The notes beneath the pieces are model-generated. The model was not told the DNA's origin. It did not search any database and saw only the letters and a list, made by a program, of their open reading frames with translations. Shown here one piece after another: positions 28,636-40,128 of a stretch of DNA of 60,071 nucleotides; position 1 is the stretch's first letter; every line of letters begins with the position of its first letter. Made by a program: the position numbers and the translations under genes. This DNA comes from Thermoplasmata archaeon (lineage in GTDB: Archaea > Thermoplasmatota > E2 > DHVEG-1): assembly GCA_030640585.1 (NCBI GenBank), contig DAOWIZ010000080.1, positions 1 through 60,071 of the forward strand, written 5' to 3'.

Positions 28636-29034
28636 ATGTTAGGCACGGCATTTATATTTGATTATTATAAGTATCCTATTGTCCCAGTCAAGTTTAGCTA
28701 TGAAAACCGAGATACACCCATTATAGACGCGCTTTTAGACTCTGGTGGAGATTTTATAGTAATACCTATGCCCATTGCCAGATACTTAGGATTAAAACTT
28801 AAAAAAGCAGGATCTGTAGATACTGCAGGTGGAACAGCCCCTTTGTTCAAATCTAATCTCGACATGACAATTGGTAAAAAAGATTACACTGTTGTTTACA
28901 ATAATTTAGAAATACATGTGTCAGGTAGAGATGATATACCTGTCCTGCTTGGCAGAAATCCAATTTTTGAAGAGTATGAAATTACTTTTAAGAAAAAGAG
29001 AAATCAACTTATTTTAAAATCAAATGCCCCATAA
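28636..29034 (+). CDS. retropepsin-like (clan AA) aspartic protease
   Basis: ALLDSGGDFIVIP (D-S-G catalytic triplet) and a C-terminal IPVLLGRNPIFEEYEITF block. At 132 aa it is a single-lobe protease that should act as a homodimer. Confidence 0.6.
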   Translation: MLGTAFIFDYYKYPIVPVKFSYENRDTPIIDALLDSGGDFIVIPMPIARYLGLKLKKAGSVDTAGGTAPLFKSNLDMTIGKKDYTVVYNNLEIHVSGRDDIPVLLGRNPIFEEYEITFKKKRNQLILKSNAP

Positions 29035-29156
29035 ATATTTATATATGAATTAGTATCTGGGTAGACTGTTTCAACTTTAGATGATATTAGAGTGTAATAT
29101 ATAAACATAATATTAAGTAGATTAAAACTCCCGGTTGAGTTCCGGCTTAAAAAACT

Positions 29157-29230
29157 GGGCCTGTAGCTCAGCTAGGTAGAGCAACTGGCTTTTAACCAGT
29201 TGGCCAAGGGTTCGAATCCCTTCAGGCCCG
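29157..29230 (+). tRNA. tRNA-Lys (UUU)
   Basis: Manual cloverleaf: acceptor GGGCCUG/CAGGCCC, D arm GCUC..GAGC, anticodon arm ACUGG-CUUUUAA-CCAGU, T arm AAGGG-UUCGAAU-CCCUU. No encoded CCA. Confidence 0.93.
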
Positions 29231-29263
29231 CTAAAAAAACATTGCAGGTAAATCTAGGAGGAA

Positions 29264-29536
29264 ATGTACACAATGGTAAAAACATCTGAAAAACAAAGTT
29301 TTGATATAATGAGTCACGACTTAGTTCCTTTACACATAATTATCTCAGATAAAGAAAAAAAGGAACTATTTGAAAAATACAATATCGCACCTGAGAATTT
29401 ACCAAAGATCTTTGACTCAGACCCTGTAATAAAATCTATTGGGGCTAAACCGGGACAAATTACAAAGATAGTAAGAAAAAGTCATACTGCAAAAGAAGCA
29501 GTTGCTTATAGATTGGTAATAGAAAGTAACGAATAA
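29264..29536 (+). CDS. rpoH: DNA-directed RNA polymerase subunit H (Rpo5)
   Basis: HDLVPLHIIISDKEKKELFEKYNI..ENLPKI..DPV.KSIGAKPGQITKIVRKS.TAKEAVAYRLV. Confidence 0.88.
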   Translation: MYTMVKTSEKQSFDIMSHDLVPLHIIISDKEKKELFEKYNIAPENLPKIFDSDPVIKSIGAKPGQITKIVRKSHTAKEAVAYRLVIESNE

Positions 29537-29564
29537 AAAAAATGTTGAGTAATGGGTGTGAGAA

Positions 29565-32500
29565 ATGAAAAAACTAGTTGACTCTTTTTATAGAGATCGT
29601 AGCATAGTAAACCATCAAATTGCATCATATAATGATTTTTTAGAACGAAGACTTCAAAACATTGTTGATAGCACAATTATTGGTCAAGAAGAAGAAATGA
29701 AAAGAGGCTATATCTATCCAGAAATTGAAGGATATAAGATTAAATTTGGCAAAATTAAAATTGGTAAGCCTGAAGTAAAAGAGGCAGATGGTACCATCCG
29801 GTGGCTTACACCAATGGAAGCACGTTTACGTGATCTCACTTATGAAGCATCACTTACTCTTGAGTTTATACCTGTAAAAGATGATGTAGAATATGACCCT
29901 GAAGAAGTTCGCATTGGTGAACTTCCCATTATGATTAAATCTAAAGCCTGTAATCTTGCAAAACATGCCATTGGTGAGAAAAAAGGACATGAACTAAGTA
30001 ATAAGGAATATAAGGAAGAACTGCAGGGACTGCAAGAAGACCCGCTTGATCCAGGTGCATATTTCATTAGTAATGGTACTGAACGCGTTCTAATCACTGT
30101 TGAAGATCTTGCTCCTAACCGTGTCCTTGTTGAAAAAAGCAAAAGATATGGGCGTAATGTCGAAGTTGCAAAAGTATTCTCTCAGCACGAAGGTTACCGT
30201 GCCTTAACAGTTGTAGAGAAGAAAAAAGATGGTATGCTCATGGTATCATTGCCTACAACATATGGTCAGATACCACTTATGATACTTTTGCGTGCTCTTG
30301 GTATGGAAAATGATGAGGAAATCGTTGACGTCATCAGTGTTGACCTGAAGATGAAACCATATGTTTTAGCAAACATTGAGGAATGTGCTAATGAATATGG
30401 CATAACCAGTAAGGATGAGGCAATAGCATATCTTGGTAAGAAATTTGCTGGTGGTCAGGCAAAAGAATATCGTGTTAAAAGAGTAGAGGCGCTTATGGAT
30501 AGAAATCTCCTACCTCATCTTGGTAACGAATCAACTGATCGCCTTACAAAGGCTATTTTTATGGCTCGTATGGGAATGGCCGTTCTTGAACTTGCTCTTG
30601 GCAAACGTGAACCTGATGATAAAGATCATTATGCTAACAAACGTCTTAAGCTAGCAGGAGATCTAATGGAAGATTTGTTCCGTGTAGCATTCACTGCTCT
30701 TTGTAAAGATCTTAAATATCAAATTGAGAGAATACATGCAAAGGGCAAAGAAATAAAGATTAGCAGTAGTCTTCGTTCAGATGTTTTATCTCAACGTATT
30801 CATCATGCACTAGCAACTGGTAACTGGGTTGGCGGTCGTGCTGGCATCTCTCAACTACTTGACCGCACTAGTAATCTTGCAGTATTATCCCATCTTCGTC
30901 GTGTCACATCCCCCCTTACTCGATCCCAGCCTCATTTCGAGGCTCGTGATTTGCATTCAACTCAATGGGGTCGTCTTTGCCCTAATGAAACTCCTGAAGG
31001 ACCAAACTGTGGTCTTGTAAAAAATCTGGCACTTACCGTTGAAATTTCTGAAGGTTTTCCTGAAAAAGAAGTTGAAAACATACTTAAAGACCTTGGAATT
31101 AAAGAAATTACCAAGAAAAGTACTGGCACCCGTGTATATTTGAACGGGGATCTTATAGGTATGCATTCTGATGGAAAAGATCTAGTGCAGAAACTAAGGG
31201 AACGTCGTCGTAAAGGGCTTTTGAATAATGAAGTAAATGTAGCCTATTATGACGATGCAAATGATGTTATTGTTAACTGTGACTGTGGTCGTCTCCGACG
31301 TCCTCTTGTAATTGTTGAAAAAGGAAAACTGCTTCTTACTGATAAATACCTTGAAGATCTTGAGTCTGATAAAAAGAAATGGGCTGATTTAATTAATGAA
31401 GGTATTGTTGAGTATATCGATGCTGAAGAAGAAGAAAATACTCTCATCGCACTCAAAGAAGAAAATATAACACCTGATCACACTCATATGGAAATGGATC
31501 CTATGTGCATTCTTGGTATAGGATCAAGTCTTGTTCCTTATCCTGAGCATAATAGTAGTCCTCGTATTACTATGGGTGCTGGTATGGGTAAACAAAGTCT
31601 TGGTTTTGGAGCAGCTAATTATCGTATCCGACCGGATACCCGTGGACATCTCATGCATTACCCGGAAATGCAGATTGTTCAAACCCATCCTGTTAAATAT
31701 ATGAATTTTACACAAAGACCTGCAGGTCAGAACTTTATAGTAGCTGTAGCATCATATAAGGGTTACAACATGGAAGATGCCCTTGTTATGAGCAAGGCAA
31801 GCGTTGAAAGAGGGATGGCACGTAGTACTTTTTTTAGAACATATTCTTCTGAAGAAAAACGTTATCCTGGTGGTCAAGAAGACCATTTTGAAGTACCTGA
31901 TCCTGACTGTCGAGGTGTACGTAGCGAGGAAGCATATGTTAACCTTGGCGAGGATGGACTTATATCACCAGAATGTGGAGTTCTAGGATCTGATGTGTTA
32001 ATTGGTAAAACTTCCCCACCTCGTTTCCTTGAAGAACCAACAGATTTTCTTACACCTCAGAAAAGACGTGAAACAAGTGTAACTGTTCAACATGGCGAGG
32101 GTGGCACTGTTGACAAAGTAATGCTATCTGAGTCTGTAAATGGTAGCCGTATGGTTAAAATAAAAGTACGTGAACAACGTATACCTGAGTATGGTGATAA
32201 GTTTGCAAGTAAACATGGTCAGAAAGGAGTTATAGGGCTTCTTGCAGCCCCAGAAGATATGCCATTTGCTGAAAATGGAATGACTCCTGATCTCATCATT
32301 AATCCACATGCAATTCCAAGTCGTATGACTATTGGTCACGTTCTTGAAATGATAGGTGGAAAAGTTGGATGTCTGGAAGGGCGTATCGTTGAAGGTACAG
32401 CATTTTCTGGTGAAACAGAAGATGAACTTAGAAAAGCACTTGTCAACAATGGTTTTAAACATAATGGTAAAGAAATACTATATAACGGTGAAACTGGTAA

Positions 32501-32927
32501 ACAATTAGAAGCTGATATTTTCGTTGGATGTATTTATTATCAGAAACTTCATCACATGGTCGCTGGGAAGATACATGCTAGGTCTCGTGGACCAGTGCAG
32601 ATTCTAACACGGCAGCCAACAGAGGGTCGTGCTCGTGAGGGTGGTCTTCGTTTTGGTGAAATGGAACGTGACTGTCTTATTGGACATGGTGCATCAATGG
32701 TAATTAAAGACAGGTTACTTGATGAGTCAGATCTTACTATAAAATATGTTTGTAACACATGTGGGCATGTCGCTATGCATGACCGGCATGGTGCATTACG
32801 ATGCCCTATATGCGGCGATAAAGCAGATGTCTATCCTATTGAGATGAGTTATGCGTTTAAACTTTTGATTGATGAACTTAAATCTTTGGCAATTGCGCCA
32901 CGGATAAAATTGGAGTCACTTGTATAA
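29565..32927 (+). CDS. rpoB: DNA-directed RNA polymerase subunit B (Rpo2), unsplit
   Basis: 1120 aa with all conserved blocks (e.g. [26 protein letters not shown]) and a C-terminal Zn ribbon (CNTCG...CPICG). Confidence 0.97.
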   Translation: MKKLVDSFYRDRSIVNHQIASYNDFLERRLQNIVDSTIIGQEEEMKRGYIYPEIEGYKIKFGKIKIGKPEVKEADGTIRWLTPMEARLRDLTYEASLTLEFIPVKDDVEYDPEEVRIGELPIMIKSKACNLAKHAIGEKKGHELSNKEYKEELQGLQEDPLDPGAYFISNGTERVLITVEDLAPNRVLVEKSKRYGRNVEVAKVFSQHEGYRALTVVEKKKDGMLMVSLPTTYGQIPLMILLRALGMENDEEIVDVISVDLKMKPYVLANIEECANEYGITSKDEAIAYLGKKFAGGQAKEYRVKRVEALMDRNLLPHLGNESTDRLTKAIFMARMGMAVLELALGKREPDDKDHYANKRLKLAGDLMEDLFRVAFTALCKDLKYQIERIHAKGKEIKISSSLRSDVLSQRIHHALATGNWVGGRAGISQLLDRTSNLAVLSHLRRVTSPLTRSQPHFEARDLHSTQWGRLCPNETPEGPNCGLVKNLALTVEISEGFPEKEVENILKDLGIKEITKKSTGTRVYLNGDLIGMHSDGKDLVQKLRERRRKGLLNNEVNVAYYDDANDVIVNCDCGRLRRPLVIVEKGKLLLTDKYLEDLESDKKKWADLINEGIVEYIDAEEEENTLIALKEENITPDHTHMEMDPMCILGIGSSLVPYPEHNSSPRITMGAGMGKQSLGFGAANYRIRPDTRGHLMHYPEMQIVQTHPVKYMNFTQRPAGQNFIVAVASYKGYNMEDALVMSKASVERGMARSTFFRTYSSEEKRYPGGQEDHFEVPDPDCRGVRSEEAYVNLGEDGLISPECGVLGSDVLIGKTSPPRFLEEPTDFLTPQKRRETSVTVQHGEGGTVDKVMLSESVNGSRMVKIKVREQRIPEYGDKFASKHGQKGVIGLLAAPEDMPFAENGMTPDLIINPHAIPSRMTIGHVLEMIGGKVGCLEGRIVEGTAFSGETEDELRKALVNNGFKHNGKEILYNGETGKQLEADIFVGCIYYQKLHHMVAGKIHARSRGPVQILTRQPTEGRAREGGLRFGEMERDCLIGHGASMVIKDRLLDESDLTIKYVCNTCGHVAMHDRHGALRCPICGDKADVYPIEMSYAFKLLIDELKSLAIAPRIKLESLV

Positions 32928-32943
32928 AGGGGGATAAAAAAAG

Positions 32944-35613
32944 ATGGAAAGAGCAAGAAGTATAACTAAAAAAATTGGCAATATAAATTTTTCCCTTCTT
33001 TCACCAAATGAAATACGTAAAATGAGTGCTACAAAAGTTATAACTGCTGATACATATGATGACGATGGTTTTCCAATAGCCATGGGTCTTATGGATCCAA
33101 GGCTTGGTGTTATTGAACCGGGTTTGCGTTGTAAAACCTGTGGTCTTCGTGTTGGTAAAGATAAATGTCCAGGACATTTTGGCCATATTGATCTTGCTAT
33201 GCCAGTTATTCATGTAGGGCTTATAAAAAGCATACGTGATTGTCTACGTTCAACTTGTCGTGAATGTGGGAAACTACTTCTCACCGATAAACAAAGAGAA
33301 GAATACTGTGATATTTTAAAGAAATATGGCACAGAACATAGAGATAAAACATATGTTTTTAAACAGATAATTAAAGACTCTGTTAAATCTGACAAATGCC
33401 CTCATTGTGGTAGGGAAACAAGTAAAATTGAACTTGATAAACCAACATCTCTTCGTGAAAGTGGTAAAAAACTAACGCCCTCTGAGGTACGTGAATGGCT
33501 AGAGAAAATACAGGATGAGAATCTTCCCTTACTTGATATTAATAAAAGAACTGCTCGTCCTGAATGGATGATTCTTACTGTTCTTCCAGTGCCACCTGTA
33601 ACTGTTCGACCATCTGTAACGCTTCAGTCGGGTGAGCGATCTGAGGATGATCTTACACACAAATTGGTTGATGTTATTCGTATTAACCAACGTCTTCAGG
33701 AAAACCGTGATGCAGGTGCTCCACAACTTATTGTTGAGGACTTATGGGAGCTTCTTCAGTATCATATTACTACATATCTTGATAATCAGACGAGTGGTAT
33801 TCCACCAGCTCGTCATCGCTCAGGTCGACCTCTTAAAACTCTTGCACAACGGCTTAAAGGTAAAGAAGGGCGTTTTCGTAGTAACCTTTCTGGAAAACGT
33901 GTTAATTTCAGCGCTCGTACTGTTATTTCCCCTGATCCAAACCTGAGTATTAACGAACTTGGCGTTCCAATACAAATTGCTAAAGAACTCACCATTCCTG
34001 TTCGTGTAACTGTTCATAATATTGACTGGTGCAAGGAGATGATCGAAAAGAAGGCAACAATACCAAGTGATCCAAATGAATATTGCCCTAGTGCTAATTA
34101 TGTAATTCGTGAAATGGAGGGTATGAAACAGAGGATAAAAGTAACTGAGCGTAACGCCAAAGATGTTGCTGAAAGACTTGAAACTGGTGCTATAATTGAA
34201 CGCCAGCTGATGGATGGTGATCTGGCGTTGTTTAACCGTCAGCCATCCTTGCATCGTATGAGTATGATGGCTCATCGAGTACGTGTTGTGCCCCATAAAA
34301 CATTTAGATTTAACCTAAGTGTTTGCCCACCATATAACGCAGATTTTGATGGCGATGAGATGAACCTTCATCTTATACAAGGTGAAGAAGCAAAAGCAGA
34401 AGCTGAAATTCTTATGAAAGTACAGGAAAACATACTTTCACCTCGTTTCGGGGGTGCTATTATTGGTGGGATTCATGACCACATCTCTGGTTGTTTCCTG
34501 CTTACTCAGAAAGATCGTAATATTCCTATTGATATTGCTATCCATATTCTTTCTGCAACTGGCTTCAAAGGTAAACTACCAATACCAGTTATTGAAAACG
34601 GTAAAAGTCACATTAATGTAAAAGATATTTTTAGTACTTTACTACCCGATGATCTTAGCCTTGAATACAAATCTAAATCTTGCTTTAACTGTGAAACTTG
34701 TGAAGGAGTTAAATGTCCACATAATGCATATGTTATAATCAAAAACGGCGTACTAAAACATGGAACTATTGATGAAAATAGTATTGGTGCATTCAAAGGA
34801 AGAATTCTTGATAGAATTATTCGTGATCATGGAATGGGCGCAGGTAGAGAATTCATTGATAATGTCACACGTATGTCTATTGCAGCAATTACCTTGTTTG
34901 GTTTTACAACTAGTATTGATGATGAAGATATTCCCGATGAAGCTAAAAAACAAATTGAAGAAGGACTTGCAAAAGCTCTGAAGAAAATCCGTAGTCTTGT
35001 ACATGCTTATGAAAACGATGAGCTGGAGTCTTTACCAGGTCGTAGTATCGAAGAAACTCTTGAAATGGAAATTATGAAAGTTACTGGTAAAGCAAGAGAT
35101 ACTGCTGGAGAAATTGCAGGACGACACCTAGGTTTGAATAATAGTGCTGTTATGATGGCTAAATCTGGTGCTCGTGGGTCTATGCTTAACCTTTCTCAGA
35201 TGAGTGGTTGTGTAGGTCAACAAGCAGTTCGTGGAGAACGTATTCATCGTGGTTATCAGTATCGTACTCTTCCTCATTTCAAAAAAGGAGATCTTGGTGC
35301 TAGTGCAAAAGGATTTGTAGCAAGTTGTTATAAAAAAGGTCTTACACCTACTGAGTATTTTTTCCATAGCATGGGTGGCCGTGAAGGTCTTGTTGATACA
35401 GCAGTTCGTACAAGTCGTTCTGGTTATATGCAACGTCGTCTGATTAATGCACTTGAGGATTTACGTGTAGAACGCGATGGAACTGTAAAACATTCAGGTG
35501 GACAGATCATTCAGTTTATGTATGGTGAAGATGGTGTGGATCCTGCTCGCAGTATCGGTGGAAAAGCAATTGATATTAACCGGATAATATCTGATATAAA
35601 AGAGGGGGTGTAA
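32944..35613 (+). CDS. rpoA1: DNA-directed RNA polymerase subunit A' (Rpo1N)
   Basis: 889 aa. Has the [10 protein letters not shown] active-site motif and N-terminal Zn motifs ([13 protein letters not shown]). Confidence 0.97.
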   Translation: MERARSITKKIGNINFSLLSPNEIRKMSATKVITADTYDDDGFPIAMGLMDPRLGVIEPGLRCKTCGLRVGKDKCPGHFGHIDLAMPVIHVGLIKSIRDCLRSTCRECGKLLLTDKQREEYCDILKKYGTEHRDKTYVFKQIIKDSVKSDKCPHCGRETSKIELDKPTSLRESGKKLTPSEVREWLEKIQDENLPLLDINKRTARPEWMILTVLPVPPVTVRPSVTLQSGERSEDDLTHKLVDVIRINQRLQENRDAGAPQLIVEDLWELLQYHITTYLDNQTSGIPPARHRSGRPLKTLAQRLKGKEGRFRSNLSGKRVNFSARTVISPDPNLSINELGVPIQIAKELTIPVRVTVHNIDWCKEMIEKKATIPSDPNEYCPSANYVIREMEGMKQRIKVTERNAKDVAERLETGAIIERQLMDGDLALFNRQPSLHRMSMMAHRVRVVPHKTFRFNLSVCPPYNADFDGDEMNLHLIQGEEAKAEAEILMKVQENILSPRFGGAIIGGIHDHISGCFLLTQKDRNIPIDIAIHILSATGFKGKLPIPVIENGKSHINVKDIFSTLLPDDLSLEYKSKSCFNCETCEGVKCPHNAYVIIKNGVLKHGTIDENSIGAFKGRILDRIIRDHGMGAGREFIDNVTRMSIAAITLFGFTTSIDDEDIPDEAKKQIEEGLAKALKKIRSLVHAYENDELESLPGRSIEETLEMEIMKVTGKARDTAGEIAGRHLGLNNSAVMMAKSGARGSMLNLSQMSGCVGQQAVRGERIHRGYQYRTLPHFKKGDLGASAKGFVASCYKKGLTPTEYFFHSMGGREGLVDTAVRTSRSGYMQRRLINALEDLRVERDGTVKHSGGQIIQFMYGEDGVDPARSIGGKAIDINRIISDIKEGV

Positions 35614-35617
35614 ATTT

Positions 35618-37099
35618 TTGGCAAAAAAAACAACTGCTTCTAAAAAAGATAAAAAAACCGCTGAGAAAAAAAAGATTAAAAAACCAGTGATAAAAGAAGA
35701 AAAACCTAAGAAGACCCCTGTCAAAAAAACTAAAGAACCAAAAACAATTAGTAAAACTACCGATGCTAAGAAAACAAAAAAGATTAAAAAAGAAACTGCT
35801 AAAAAACCGGTGAAAAAAGAAACTAAAAAAGAAGAAAAAGCAAAGAAAATAAAAAGAAAAAAGACTAAAAAAGAGGAGAAACCTGTTGAGATTACAATAG
35901 TTCCAAAGCCAAAAACTGTTGAAGAACCAAAGGGACATAAAGAACTAAGAGAGGAAATACTTAAAATTTTAAAAGATGAATATCTCCCACTCTCTATAAT
36001 TGATGATATAATTTTAATAGTTATTAAGGAAAAAGGCCTTAAAAAGAAACTCAAAGAGATAATTAAAAAATCTTTGGAATCCTATAAAAAGACCTTAATA
36101 GACCCTTCAGAAGCCTGTGGTATTGTTGGTGCACAGAGTATTGGTGAACCTGGTACTCAGATGACAATGCGTACATTTCACTATGCTGGTGTCGCAGAAA
36201 TTAACGTTACACTTGGTCTTCCACGTCTTATTGAAATTGTAGATGCAAGATCAATTCCATCTACCCCCATGATGAATATTTATCTACGTGATGAATATTG
36301 CCTTAACCCAGATCTAGCAAAAGAAGTGGCTAATCAAATTGAAATCACACTTCTTAACGATATATCTGATATCAGCGCTGATTTGACAAATCTGGTTATC
36401 TTCATTGATCCTGATAAAAAATCAATTGAGAAAAAAGGAATTGATATGGAAGATCTACTAGATGCTGTTAAAAAGATACGTAAAACTGATGCCAAAATTG
36501 AGAAAAACAGAGTTAAAATATCACTTGATGACCCGTCCTATAAAAAACTACTCGAGGTAACTGAAACACTTAAAGGCCTCAAAGTTAAAGGAATAGACGG
36601 TATTAAACGTATTATTATCCGTAAAGAACCCGATGAAGGATACGTTATCTATAGTGAAGGAAGCAATCTTGAAAAAGTCCTTGAAATTGTAGGAGTAGAT
36701 CCTTATCGTACTACAACTAATGATATTCAATCTGTTGGACGGGTACTTGGTATTGAAGCAGCACGAAATATGATAATACAAGAGGCATACAACACACTTT
36801 CAGAACAAGGTCTAAATGTTGACAGACGTCATATTATGATTGTCGCTGATGTTATGACATCTGGTGGAACAATCAAGGCTATCGGTCGTCATGGTGTTTC
36901 TAAAGAAAAAGAAAGTGTACTTTCACGTGCCGCATTTGAAATAACAGTTGCACATCTACTGCAAGCTGCTCGTCGTGGAGAAGTAGATCATCTAGGTGGT
37001 GTCGCAGAAAACATAATAGTTGGCCAACCAGTTAACCTTGGTACTGGCGCAGTTGAACTTGTGATGAAAAGAACAAGTGGCAAAAAGAAGAAAAAATAA
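35618..37099 (+). CDS. rpoA2: DNA-directed RNA polymerase subunit A'' (Rpo1C) with a ~110-aa lysine-rich N-terminal extension
   Basis: Conserved [17 protein letters not shown] block. TTG start 7 nt after GGGGGTG and 4 nt after the rpoA' stop. The first ~90 residues are K/T/P/E-rich. Confidence 0.92.
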   Translation: MAKKTTASKKDKKTAEKKKIKKPVIKEEKPKKTPVKKTKEPKTISKTTDAKKTKKIKKETAKKPVKKETKKEEKAKKIKRKKTKKEEKPVEITIVPKPKTVEEPKGHKELREEILKILKDEYLPLSIIDDIILIVIKEKGLKKKLKEIIKKSLESYKKTLIDPSEACGIVGAQSIGEPGTQMTMRTFHYAGVAEINVTLGLPRLIEIVDARSIPSTPMMNIYLRDEYCLNPDLAKEVANQIEITLLNDISDISADLTNLVIFIDPDKKSIEKKGIDMEDLLDAVKKIRKTDAKIEKNRVKISLDDPSYKKLLEVTETLKGLKVKGIDGIKRIIIRKEPDEGYVIYSEGSNLEKVLEIVGVDPYRTTTNDIQSVGRVLGIEAARNMIIQEAYNTLSEQGLNVDRRHIMIVADVMTSGGTIKAIGRHGVSKEKESVLSRAAFEITVAHLLQAARRGEVDHLGGVAENIIVGQPVNLGTGAVELVMKRTSGKKKKK

Positions 37100-37113
37100 G
37101 GGGAAAATAGGAT

Positions 37114-37413
37114 ATGGTTGACATTGATAAGGTTTTAAAAACCACAGTTAAAAAAGGTAAAGTAAAAATCGGTGCAAAGGAAACAAAGTCAGTTATTAAC
37201 AATGGATCTGCAAAACTTGTTGTCTTATCTAAGAACTGTCCACACGTTGATGAAATCACAAGTATTGCAAAGAAGAAAAAAATACCAGTGTATAACTATG
37301 GATCTAACTCCATTGATCTGGGTTATTCATGTGGAAAAGCATTTAGTGTCTCTTCTTTTGCAGTTCTTGAAGACGGTGGATCAAATATTTTAAATCTTTT
37401 AAAAAAAAGGTAG
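37114..37413 (+). CDS. rpl30e: 50S ribosomal protein L30e
   Basis: KKGKVKIGAKETKSVINNGSAKLVVLSKNCP...IPVYNYGSNSIDLGYSCGKAF matches the eL30 pattern. Canonical position after rpoA''. Confidence 0.88.
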   Translation: MVDIDKVLKTTVKKGKVKIGAKETKSVINNGSAKLVVLSKNCPHVDEITSIAKKKKIPVYNYGSNSIDLGYSCGKAFSVSSFAVLEDGGSNILNLLKKR

Positions 37414-37420
37414 CATATAA

Positions 37421-37849
37421 ATGAGTGAAATTTTGTTTTCTAATGAAATAATGCAGTGTATAAATATGGCTGAAAAAGTCACAAAAGCTGCAATAATTGA
37501 TTGTCTCATAGCAGATGATGACAGGCTTATTTTCATTGTTAAAAAAGGACAGGTAGGTATAGCTATTGGTAGTAAAGCCAAAAACCTTGAAAGATTACGT
37601 AATATCTTCAAAAAAACCATTAAATTCGTTGAATTTGATGAAGACAAAGAAAAATTCATAGTTAACCTCTTCAAACCTTACATCATTAAAAAAATATCTC
37701 TTGAAGGAGAGGGGGATAATACTGTTGCAAAAGTTGAAGTTGAACGTAGTGACAAATCTAAAATAATAGGTAAAGGTGGCCGTAACATTGATGTCATTCG
37801 TCAACTTGCACGACGTCATCATAGCATAAAAGATGTACAAATCAGATAA
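37421..37849 (+). CDS. nusA: archaeal NusA-like transcription factor (two KH domains)
   Basis: GIAIGSKAKNLERL and IIGKGGRNIDVIRQLA are the two KH GxxG motifs. Canonical operon position. Confidence 0.85.
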   Translation: MSEILFSNEIMQCINMAEKVTKAAIIDCLIADDDRLIFIVKKGQVGIAIGSKAKNLERLRNIFKKTIKFVEFDEDKEKFIVNLFKPYIIKKISLEGEGDNTVAKVEVERSDKSKIIGKGGRNIDVIRQLARRHHSIKDVQIR

Positions 37850-37907
37850 AAAAACCAAACTTCGTTACTACTTTTTATTAATTAATAGTAATAGTTTTTA
37901 AACAGTT

Positions 37908-39395
37908 TTGTATTTCAGGAGTGGGGAGTCATTTCTGAGAATAAAGAAACATCCGATAATTGAGTTCAGAGATCAAAAGAGAATTCAATTCTACTATAAT
38001 AATAAGAAAAAGGTTGGATATACAGGTGACAGTATTGGCTCTGCGCTTCATGCTCTAGATATTAAACATCTTACTACAAGCCTTGTTTATGACAGTGCTC
38101 GTGGTTTTTTCTGCGGCATTGGGAAATGTTCTTCTTGTCTGATGAAGGTAAATGGCATTCCTAATGTTAGAACATGCATTGCACCGCTTAAAGCAGACAT
38201 TCATGTTGAAACTCAGGATAAACTAGCAGATCTACCAGATGCCGAGTTTAAAAACATATCTAAAAAAAAAATTGATGTGGACATTCTTGTTGTCGGCGGT
38301 GGCCCTGCTGGTATGTGTGCTAGTGTCGAAGCAGCCCGGCAGGGTGCAAAAGTACTACTTGTTGATGAGAACCAACATATCGGAGGTCAGCTTATCAAAC
38401 AGACCCATATGTTTTTTGGTTCAAAAAATGAACGAGCTGGGACTCGTGGTATTCAAATTGCAAAGGATTTGGAAGAAGAAATCAAAGATTTTGAAAAAAA
38501 TAGTAAAATAAATCTTATGCTTGATTCCACACTAATTGGATACTACGAGGGAGAAAAAAACAGGTATCGGTTTGGTGTTGTAAAAAGAATAGATTATGAT
38601 AGTAAACTCTATGATGTATGCTGTAAAAGTGTTATTCTCTGTTGTGGCGCTATGGAAGACATGCTTTTGTTTCCCGGTAATGCTCTTCCTGGTGTGTATG
38701 GTGCTGGTGGCGTTCAAACGCTTATGAATGTTTATGGAATAAAACCTGGTAAAAATGTTGTAATGGTCGGCGCAGGTAACGTTGGTCTTATTGTATCCTA
38801 TCAACTACTTCAAGCAGGTGTACATGTTGACAGGGTTATTGAGGCTATGCCTTTTATTGGTGGTTACCATGTTCATGCTGCTAAACTCAGGCGCTGCGGT
38901 GTACCAATTTTTACATCTTATTCAATTAAAGAGGTATATGGAGATGGAAAAGTCGAAGGTTGTGTCGTTGTCAGACTTGATAAAAACTGGAGACCAGTAA
39001 AAGGCTCTGAGGAAAAAATTTCTTGTGACACGGTTTGTCTAGCAGTTGGCCTTACCCCCTCCATAAGGATTCTTTCTCAGATTGATGTGAGAATAAAGTT
39101 TATACCTGAAGCAGGTGGCTATATTGCTCTTCATGATGAAAACATGCAGACAACTGTTAATGGTGTTTATGTCGCAGGTGATTCCTCAGGTATCGAGGAG
39201 GCATCAACTGCGATGATTGAGGGTAAAATTGCTGGTGTTTCATCTGCTTTGCATCTTGGATATAATAAAGAGGAGGGTAAGAAACTTAGGAAACAATATG
39301 TTGGAGATCTGAAAAGACTTAGATTGGGACCATTTGGTGAAAAATCACGAGTGGCTAAAGAAAAAATTTCTAATGTGTTGGAGGCGAAAAAATGA
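37908..39395 (+). CDS. FAD/NAD(P)-dependent oxidoreductase with N-terminal 2Fe-2S domain (alpha subunit of the PDH / opine- or sarcosine-oxidase-like complex)
   Basis: FFCGIGKCSSCLMKVNGIPNVRTC, plus two Rossmann motifs (VVGGGPAGMCAS, MVGAGNVGLIVS). Start codon uncertain (TTG at 37908). Confidence 0.8.
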   Translation: MYFRSGESFLRIKKHPIIEFRDQKRIQFYYNNKKKVGYTGDSIGSALHALDIKHLTTSLVYDSARGFFCGIGKCSSCLMKVNGIPNVRTCIAPLKADIHVETQDKLADLPDAEFKNISKKKIDVDILVVGGGPAGMCASVEAARQGAKVLLVDENQHIGGQLIKQTHMFFGSKNERAGTRGIQIAKDLEEEIKDFEKNSKINLMLDSTLIGYYEGEKNRYRFGVVKRIDYDSKLYDVCCKSVILCCGAMEDMLLFPGNALPGVYGAGGVQTLMNVYGIKPGKNVVMVGAGNVGLIVSYQLLQAGVHVDRVIEAMPFIGGYHVHAAKLRRCGVPIFTSYSIKEVYGDGKVEGCVVVRLDKNWRPVKGSEEKISCDTVCLAVGLTPSIRILSQIDVRIKFIPEAGGYIALHDENMQTTVNGVYVAGDSSGIEEASTAMIEGKIAGVSSALHLGYNKEEGKKLRKQYVGDLKRLRLGPFGEKSRVAKEKISNVLEAKK

Positions 39396-39859
39396 AAAAC
39401 TATGAAAAAACAGGTATATTGTCAACAAAGGATTTTATACTTCCAACAAAAAAACAACTAAAGAAAGGTGTTGCCATTCTTGAATGTGTACAAAAAATAC
39501 CATGTAATCCATGTGTCGACAGTTGTCCTGTTGGCGCTATTTCAATGAAAGACATTAATTCCCTACCAGTTGTTGATTTTGATAAATGTATAGCATGTGG
39601 CAAATGTGTAGGGGCTTGCCCTGGTCTTGCAATTTTTGTAGTTAAAATAAAAGAAGATAAAGGTTTAGTAACACTTCCTTATGAGTTTTTACCAGTTCCC
39701 TCTGTTGGGGAACAGGTTAGCGTTCTTGATCGGGAGGGGAAAAACCAAGGAGAAGGCATTGTCCAAAAGGTTATAAAAAATGGTAAAACAATTATTGTAA
39801 CTGTTGAAGTCGATAAAGATCTTATAATGGATGTTAGAAATATTAGGGTAAAAATATGA
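39392..39859 (+). CDS. 4Fe-4S ferredoxin-type subunit
   Basis: CNPCVDSCP and CIACGKCVGACP cluster motifs. ATGA overlap with the upstream gene. Confidence 0.75.
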   Translation: MKNYEKTGILSTKDFILPTKKQLKKGVAILECVQKIPCNPCVDSCPVGAISMKDINSLPVVDFDKCIACGKCVGACPGLAIFVVKIKEDKGLVTLPYEFLPVPSVGEQVSVLDREGKNQGEGIVQKVIKNGKTIIVTVEVDKDLIMDVRNIRVKI

Positions 39860-40128
39860 AAAAAAATAAGGCTATTGTTTGCAGATGTGAAGATATCACT
39901 GAAGAAGATGTAATAAATGCTATTGATGAGGGCTATGTTGACCTTGAAGAACTTCGTAAAAAACTACGTATTGGTATGGGACCCTGTCAGGGACGTGTAT
40001 GTATTCAACTTGTAACAAAAATCCTGGAGGGGGAAACAGGTAAAAAGGTTCCAAAAAAATCACAACCTACTTCTAGGCCACCTATTGTTCCCGTGAGTCT
40101 TGGTACTCTTGCAAGTGATGGAAAATGA
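39856..40128 (+). CDS. BFD-like (2Fe-2S)-binding small subunit
   Basis: VCRCEDITEEDV...GMGPCQGRVC pattern. 4-nt overlaps on both sides. Confidence 0.7.
   Translation: MKKNKAIVCRCEDITEEDVINAIDEGYVDLEELRKKLRIGMGPCQGRVCIQLVTKILEGETGKKVPKKSQPTSRPPIVPVSLGTLASDGK

Noticed and set aside
35494-36054. Long minus-strand ORFs (186 aa and 120 aa) rich in F/L/S, antisense to the start of rpoA''.
   Set aside because: They are the reverse complement of the lysine-codon (AAA/AAG) low-complexity region. They have no start context or motifs and are fully overlapped by a conserved operon gene.
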